The notes beneath the pieces were generated by a model that saw only the letters and a list, made by a program, of their open reading frames with translations, was not told the origin of the DNA and made no database searches. A program made the translations under genes and the position numbers. This document shows, piece by piece, positions 58,736 to 64,000 of a stretch of 64,000 nucleotides of DNA. The number at the start of each line of letters is the position of its first letter. The first letter of the stretch is position 1. The DNA comes from an uncultured Thermoleophilia bacterium (GTDB lineage: Bacteria; Actinomycetota; Thermoleophilia; Gaiellales; Gaiellaceae), in the NCBI GenBank assembly GCA_963846895.1, contig CAWJXR010000002.1:11889-75888 (forward strand), in the 5' to 3' direction.

Positions 58736-59215
58736 TTGGCCAGCGTCCCGCCTGCGCTGGGACGACGCGGTGAAGGCTGGGTCGTCCTGCAGTCGATCGT
58801 CATCCTCGCGGCCGTCGCCTGTGCGGTCGTCGGCCCTCGCTGGCCCGACGGCGGCGAGCCGTGGCTCCGAATCGCGGGCTTCTTGCTGGAAGCCGTCGGC
58901 ATCGCGATGTTCATCGTGAGCAGGGTCACCCTCGGACCGTCGTTCACCCCGCTTCCACGACCACGTCACTCCTCGACGCTTCGGACAACGGGCATCTACG
59001 CACACGTCCGTCATCCGGTCTACGGCGCACTGCTCATCGCCGGAGTCGGACTGTCGCTGCATCGCTCGCCGCTCGTCTTCGTGCCGACCGCGGTGCTCGC
59101 GGTCGTGTTCTGGCTCAAGTCGATCCGCGAGGAAGCCTGGCTCACGGAGCGCTACCCGGAGTACCCGGCCTACCGGAAGGCGACGCCACGGCGCTTTATC
59201 CCCTGCGTCGTTTAG
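58736..59215 (+). CDS. isoprenylcysteine carboxyl methyltransferase (ICMT/PEMT) family membrane protein
   Basis: LRTTGIYAHVRHPVYGALLI and EEAWLTERYPEYPAY are typical of the family. Confidence 0.75.
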   Translation: MASVPPALGRRGEGWVVLQSIVILAAVACAVVGPRWPDGGEPWLRIAGFLLEAVGIAMFIVSRVTLGPSFTPLPRPRHSSTLRTTGIYAHVRHPVYGALLIAGVGLSLHRSPLVFVPTAVLAVVFWLKSIREEAWLTERYPEYPAYRKATPRRFIPCVV

Positions 59216-59229
59216 CCGCAAGACGACTG

Positions 59230-59764
59230 ATGTCGTCGCGAGCCTCCGACGTGCGCCGCGCGCGACTGCCGCGACTTGCGTCCTGGCTCCTCGACGTGAC
59301 AACCGCAAACGCAGGCGGAGCCGTCTACGGCGCAGTGATGGTCGGCGTCCTGCTCGCCGCAGAGGACGCTCGCCACGAGGGCTACCCGGCGACCCTCGAG
59401 GCGGCCGCGATCGTGCTGCTGCTCTACCTGGCTCACGAATCTCTATACCACATGCGCTCGGCGCCCGCCTGCAGCGACGCGACTCGCTGAACCTGAAGGT
59501 CCTCTGGCAGAGCTGCGTCCACGAGCTGCCGATCATCGAAGGCGCCTCATCCCGGTTGTCGTCCTGTTGATCACCTGGGCCGCGGGGCTCACCGTCGCGA
59601 GCGGCGCGAACGCCGCGCTGTGGACCGCGGCCGCGACGATCCTCGTCCTGGAGGCCGCGGCCGGGTGGCGTTCGCGGAGCGGGCCGCGCGACGTCTGGCT
59701 TCAGATCGGCGCCGGCGCGATCTTCGGGCTGGCGCTGATCGGCCTGAAGCTGGTGCTGCACTGA
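59230..59764 (+). pseudogene. hypothetical membrane protein; two frameshifts (apparently -1 type)
   Basis: ATG 59230. Segments join at about 59452 and 59545. The C-terminal TM pair is in ORF 59567..59764. Confidence 0.4.
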
Positions 59765-59796
59765 GCAACGTCGCGCGGGCGCCGCCCGCTGAACGT

Positions 59797-60318
59797 CTAT
59801 CTGGTGACTGCCTCGGCCCGACGGGGGAGCACCCAGCCCGGCCGCGGGAAGTGGCAGGTGTAGCCGTTCGGGTAGCGCTCGAGATAGTCCTGATGCTCGG
59901 GCTCGGCCTCCCAGAACGGCCCTGCCGGTGTCACCTCGGTGACCACCTTGCCGGGCCAGAGACCCGACGCCTCGACATCGGCGATCGTGTCCTCGGCGAT
60001 ACGGCGCTGCTCGTCGTCCAGGTAGAAGATCGCCGAGCGGTAACTCATGCCGACATCGTTCCCCTGACGGTTCACCGTCGTCGGATCGTGGATCTGGAAG
60101 AAGAACTCGAGCAGATCGCGATACGACGTCTGCTCGGGATCGAAGGTGATCTCGATCGCCTCCGCGTGTGTCCCGTGGTTGCGATACGTGGCGTTCTCGA
60201 CATCGCCCCCGCTGTAACCGACCCGGGTCGAAAGAATGCCCGGCCGCTTCCGAATGAGGTCCTGCATTCCCCAGAAACACCCACCGGCGAGGATCGCCTT
60301 CTCGACCTCTCCGCTCAT
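59797..60318 (-). CDS. msrA: peptide-methionine (S)-S-oxide reductase MsrA
   Basis: ATG 60318. Active site GGCFWG, and HDPTT...NRQGNDVG. Confidence 0.9.
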   Translation of the reverse strand: MSGEVEKAILAGGCFWGMQDLIRKRPGILSTRVGYSGGDVENATYRNHGTHAEAIEITFDPEQTSYRDLLEFFFQIHDPTTVNRQGNDVGMSYRSAIFYLDDEQRRIAEDTIADVEASGLWPGKVVTEVTPAGPFWEAEPEHQDYLERYPNGYTCHFPRPGWVLPRRAEAVTR

Positions 60319-60463
60319 GACACCGTCCCCTCTTGCTCGACGAACTGACGCTGTCACTGTAGCCCCGGGCCTCGCCCTGAGGACGTGCGCGGCGATCGAT
60401 CAGCTCGACGGCCTTGACCCGTGAAGCGTGTAACGCATCGACCGACTCCGGAGACTGTTCACC

Positions 60464-60901
60464 ATGCACGTTCGCGTCGTCCTCCTCGCGCTGATCGTCC
60501 TGTCGCTCGCCGCGGGCCAAGCTGCTGCTGCAGGCGGCGGTACGACGCCGACCGTCGTCGCAGGTCCCTCGACGTACGGCGTCGTACTGTTCGACGGTCA
60601 CGGGAAGGCGCTGTACGCCTTCACGCGCGATCTGCGTGGAAGGAGCACCTGCTCTAGCGCTTGCGCCGCGGCCTGGCCGCCGTTTGTCGTCAGCGGCAGG
60701 GTTCGTTCCGGCGCCGGAGCCCACGCAGAGCTGCTCGGGACCACGAGGCGCCCGGACGGCAGGCGGCAGGTCACATACCGCGGCAGGCCGCTCTACTTCT
60801 ACATCGGCGACCGCAAGCCCGGACAGGTCCTGTGCCAGGACGTCGTCGAGTACGGCGGACGCTGGCTCGTGGTTCGCCCCTCCGGCGGCCTGGTGCGCTA
60901 G
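60464..60901 (+). CDS. secreted protein of the Yx(F/W/Y)xxD-motif lipoprotein family (COG4315-like)
   Basis: Signal peptide. Duplicated motifs KALYAFTRD and RPLYFYIGD, plus CSSACAAAWPP. Confidence 0.7.
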   Translation: MHVRVVLLALIVLSLAAGQAAAAGGGTTPTVVAGPSTYGVVLFDGHGKALYAFTRDLRGRSTCSSACAAAWPPFVVSGRVRSGAGAHAELLGTTRRPDGRRQVTYRGRPLYFYIGDRKPGQVLCQDVVEYGGRWLVVRPSGGLVR

Positions 60902-61009
60902 CCGCGCGGCCGGACTGCGCGCAGGTCAGCCGAGACGGACGCGGGCCGGCTCGATAGCCGGCCCCACGTCCGTCAAGCCGCCTCGCCGAGCGGCGGCCCT
61001 CGTCGAGGG

Positions 61010-61627
61010 TCAGGCTCGCGCACCCTCCACCGTCTGTGCCATCGAGACGTCGTACAGCGCGACATTCGCGATCTGCTGGTCGCTCATCTCGGCGCTCCGC
61101 TGACGCAGCTGATCGGCCTGCTGCGTGCTCGCGCGCATCGAGTCCTGGCTGTCCCAGAGCGTGATCACCGACACGCGGCCGTTGTCGCGGTCGGCAAGCC
61201 CGATCGCGCCGACGTTCCCGTCGATCGCACGGACCTTCGGCAGCGTGTCGCTCCGCGTCTTCTCGATGCCGGAGTCGATCGCAGCGGACGGCCCTTCGAG
61301 CAGGCTGACGCGAGCAGCCTTCGCAGCGTCGACGTCGCCGTCGAAGATCGCGACCTCGTAGTAGTGAACGCTCGTACGCTTGCCGCGGATCTCCTCCGGA
61401 ATCGTCTCGCCCTGCCGGTCGAACCCGGCCTCGGCGGCCTCGACTGCCTCCTTGCTGTCGAAGAACGCAAGGAACTTGCGCTTCTTTGCAGCACCCTCCT
61501 CGTCGAGAATGAGAACGTTGGTCATGCCATCAGGCGGCGTCATCTCGCCCGACGACATCTGTTCACCCATCAGTTTGTCGAGCTTCGCCCTGTCCGTGCC
61601 CTCGAACGTCGCGACCCGTACCCACAT
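61010..61627 (-). CDS. hypothetical protein (two ABM/ferredoxin-like half-domains)
   Basis: 205-aa intact ORF with internal duplication (VATFEG...ILDEEG / VSLLEG...VITLWDS). The function is not recognised. Confidence 0.55.
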   Translation of the reverse strand: MWVRVATFEGTDRAKLDKLMGEQMSSGEMTPPDGMTNVLILDEEGAAKKRKFLAFFDSKEAVEAAEAGFDRQGETIPEEIRGKRTSVHYYEVAIFDGDVDAAKAARVSLLEGPSAAIDSGIEKTRSDTLPKVRAIDGNVGAIGLADRDNGRVSVITLWDSQDSMRASTQQADQLRQRSAEMSDQQIANVALYDVSMAQTVEGARA

Positions 61628-62182
61628 GATGAGACCTCCTCCTTCATTGATGCCCCCGAGGCGAACCTGATAGACGGCCCACCTCTCAGTGTTCTATGAC
61701 GGCTGTCCGGCACATCCCGGGCTGACCGTCCCGTGGCATCAGAGCCATAGACGACGTCGCCGACTGTGGTGGGTCGCGCACGTCGTGTCACGCAGGTCGA
61801 CCGGCCCCTCATCTCCTGCCTTCCGGTTGCCGCGACGCTACTCCCGCGTGGCCGAGATTGCAACCGTTCCCACGACACACCCAGCGTGGTCGCGCTGCGC
61901 GACTCGCCGACGCGGGGGAAACCGCACGCAGCACGCCGAACTCCCGGGTCGGAGCAAAGCGGCCGCCCCGTCGCGCCGACGACCAGCCCGCTCGTCCACG
62001 TCACGATTGCCGACCGGCGGACGCTCGATCCGGGCGGCATCCTCCCGCTTGCACTCGGCATCCCCGCCGTGATCGCGCTCGCGATGATTCTCGTGAGGTT
62101 CGTCCGACGCGTCGCACCATTCCGCCGATCGCCCGCATCGTCGACCGCTGCCGTGGAACGCGCGCGGTAACCTGTCCGCCCT

Positions 62183-62255
62183 GCCCTCTTAGCTCAGTTG
62201 GTAGAGCACCTCCATGGTAAGGAGGGGGTCAACGGTTCGAGTCCGTTAGAGGGCT
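62183..62255 (+). tRNA. tRNA-Thr (anticodon GGT)
   Basis: Manual fold. Acceptor GCCCTCT/AGAGGGC, D-arm GCTC-AGTTGGTA-GAGC, anticodon arm CCTCC-ATGGTAA-GGAGG, T-arm AACGG-TTCGAGT-CCGTT. Confidence 0.9.
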
Positions 62256-62258
62256 TAC

Positions 62259-62283
62259 AAAAGGCCCGCAAAGCGGGCCTTTT
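62259..62283 (+). terminator. intrinsic terminator after tRNA-Thr
   Basis: AAAAGGCCCGC-aaa-GCGGGCCTTTT. The A-tract and T-tract flanks make it potentially bidirectional. Confidence 0.7.
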
Positions 62284-62323
62284 CATTGGTCGATCTCGGA
62301 CGATCCTCGGCAAAATCATCCGC

Positions 62324-62344
62324 TGGTCAACCTGTGGTCAACCT
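62324..62344. repeat. tandem 11-bp direct repeat TGGTCAACCT(G/C)
   Basis: TGGTCAACCT occurs at 62324 and 62335, about 70 bp downstream of tRNA-Thr. Confidence 0.5.
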
Positions 62345-62703
62345 CTGGACGCACTCCCAGGCAACCGCTTCCCAGTGGCCCGAAATCTCCGCGAGGGCCT
62401 GAGCCGTGGTCAAGGCGGCCTCTTCCAGGCGAGCGTTACATCGGCCATCCGGAGCAAGAGATCCGACACGCGGTTCTCGAGTGGGCCGACTTTTCCGCCG
62501 AGTTCGCTCAACTGCTCTGCGATCAACTCGTAGTCCTCCAAGAGGACGTTTAAGTCTACGCCGCTCCAGGCAAACTGTGAGGACCGGACCGGGTCGCAAG
62601 TCTCTCCGAGGGGGTCGGTCGAGGCCGCTGGCGGCGCTTCCCGGTTCGGTTGGGCCGACCGTTCAGCCATCAACTCGACGGAGTTAATACGTCGCCGCCC
62701 CAC
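62327..62703 (-). pseudogene. hypothetical helical protein, apparently frameshifted, in a lower-GC segment
   Basis: ORFs 62410..62703 and 62327..62599 appear to continue each other near 62415 (...RMADVTLAW|EEAALTTAQALAEISGHWEAVAW...). No domain recognised. Confidence 0.25.
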
Positions 62704-63527
62704 GCGGGCGTACCGTGATTCGTACTGGTCCTGCGTTGATACGGAACGCAGTTCGATGCAGGGTCAGCGTCTTCCGTGGCGCGCGCAGAGCTCTCGCCTA
62801 AGTGAGTTGAGATTTGACAGCCTGAACAAGAGCCTCTACGAAGAGGTCCGAGCTGATCCGTGCTTTCAAGGACCGACAGCTGCTGGCGCAGACGATGCAC
62901 GCGGGCAGCGATCGAGTGCTCGACGAGCGTCTGCAGGTCGTCGAGAGCGCTCCGGGAACTCGGTCTCCAGGATGAACGGCTGCCTGGAAGAAAGGGTGAC
63001 GACCACCGACCTAAGTCAGCGGCGTAGGTCGCGAGGCTCTGCGCCGTCTAGGCGGTTCGTCGCCACTTCCGTCGACATAGGACGTCAGAAAGGCCGTCTC
63101 CGGGCCGGACGGCAACGGCGAGGCCACGTCGGACGAGAAGCTCGTGGTCTGGCCCTGCGGCCAGGATCCGGCTGAAAGCCCGCAGTCCATCGATCGAGCC
63201 CTAGGGCCCGGGAGACGACACGAGCCTAGGCAAACAGAGTTCGAGTTGCAGGGCCAGTAGCTTGGTCATGTACGCGCGTCGGCGAGCTCGCGCTCGAGCC
63301 GGTGGAGTATCGGTTCAACGCCATGACGAGCGCGAGTAGCTCCGCGTGCAGGTCGGACCGGGTGGTCGCGGCCGGGCGTCGAGTTCACGTCAGCACGTCG
63401 ACTAGGTCCGGTGAACAGCGCCTCAAAGATGAGCGCGTTCACCGCGAGGAAGCTGGCGACCCTCCAACGTCTGCGCCTTGAAAAGTCCCTAAGCGAGAAC
63501 GGTTACGTCGAGAACATCGGTGCAGCT

Positions 63528-64000
63528 CTAGCCCGCGCGCAGTTCCTGAGCGTCTTCGAGCTTGGCGAGTCGCTTCAGGCTTTGTGCCTCGATCTGCCGG
63601 ATCCGTTCCCGCGTCAGATGGAAGACATGTGCGATCTGTTCCAGTGACTGAGGATCCTGTCCCTCCAGTCCGAACCGGAGCTCGAGCACGCGCTGCGCGC
63701 GATCGTCGAGCGTCTTCATCACGAGGCGTAGCTGCGCTTGGCGCTGGGTTGTGGCGGCGGCATCCTCGGGAGCCACCGCATTCACATCGGGTATGAAGTC
63801 GCCGAACTCGGCGTCCGCGTCATCGCCGACTGGACGCGCTAGCGAAATCGGCGGTTGCGAGGCACGACGAAGCGAGGTCAACTCGTTGACGCTCATCTCC
63901 AGGTCGAGCGCGAGCTCGTCGTCCGACGGGCTCCCGACCCCACTCGGCGCGCAGCTCTCGCTCGCGGCGAGCGATCCTGTTCAACCGGCCGACGACGTGC
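63528..64000 (-). pseudogene. sigma-70 family (group 1/2-like) RNA polymerase sigma factor, 5'-partial at the window edge; one frameshift
   Basis: Region 3 (HVVGRLNRIARRERELRAEWGREP|SDDELA) and region 4 (RVLELRFGLEGQDPQSLEQIAHVFHLTRERIRQIEAQSLKRL). Join at about 63927. The gene continues beyond 64000. Confidence 0.75.

Noticed and set aside
63235-63262. AGAGTTCGAGTTGCAGGGCC as a possible attR-like duplicate of the tRNA-Thr 3' end (GGTTCGAGTCCGTTAGAGGGC).
   Set aside because: Only an 8-nt core (GTTCGAGT) matches. That is too short to distinguish from chance.

Overview
This is a high-GC (about 70%) actinobacterial-type chromosome segment. The taxon is inferred from gene content. The secretin-less pilus architecture suggests a monoderm, possibly related to Thermoleophilia or Rubrobacteria.

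**1-18.2 kb.** I call 26 genes here, all with intact reading frames. They include a five-gene translationally coupled ECF-sigma operon (sigma, small partner, FTCD_C-like protein, S8 protease, GAF protein). Also present are a sulfite-oxidase-like Mo enzyme, a MOSC protein, an MFS transporter, pdxH, two two-component systems, a metal ABC importer and a Fur-family regulator.

**c-di-GMP genes (16.4-20.8 kb and 35.9-36.6 kb).**
- A small coiled-coil protein with RsiG-like motifs, coupled to a degenerate LspA-like membrane protein.
- A GAF-GGDEF cyclase.
- A stand-alone MshEN (c-di-GMP receptor) domain protein, in one operon with an M23 peptidase.
- An HD-GYP phosphodiesterase.

**Type IV pilus locus (21-41 kb).** It is complete and has no secretin.
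- Core genes: pilC, a SPOR-domain protein, pilO, pilN, pilM, pilT, pilA, pilB, pilD and a second pilT-like ATPase.
- A divergent minor-pilin block: a roughly 730-aa modular pilin with Ig-like repeats, a PilX-like protein and a small pseudopilin.
- A second, partial copy of that block at 21-22.5 kb.
- Two paralogous GT-C-like membrane proteins flanking the locus.

**41-64 kb.** This part holds a geranylgeranyl-reductase-like gene, tRNA-Tyr, two large surface proteins and a polyamine uptake and catabolism cluster (FAD oxidase, Lrp, potADBC, two class-III aminotransferases). It also holds msrA, tRNA-Thr followed by a lower-GC stretch with no intact ORFs, and a partial group-1/2 sigma factor gene.

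**Main non-genic and anomalous signals.**
- A phased array of seven GTCWGAC palindromes at 11-bp spacing lies in the MFS divergent intergenic region.
- From 18.2 kb onward, about half of the genes are broken by single-base indels, mostly +1 insertions. None is broken upstream of that point. This may be real gene decay or consensus error, and it must be resolved before any functional claim is made.

I found no CRISPR array, prophage or recognisable defence system.
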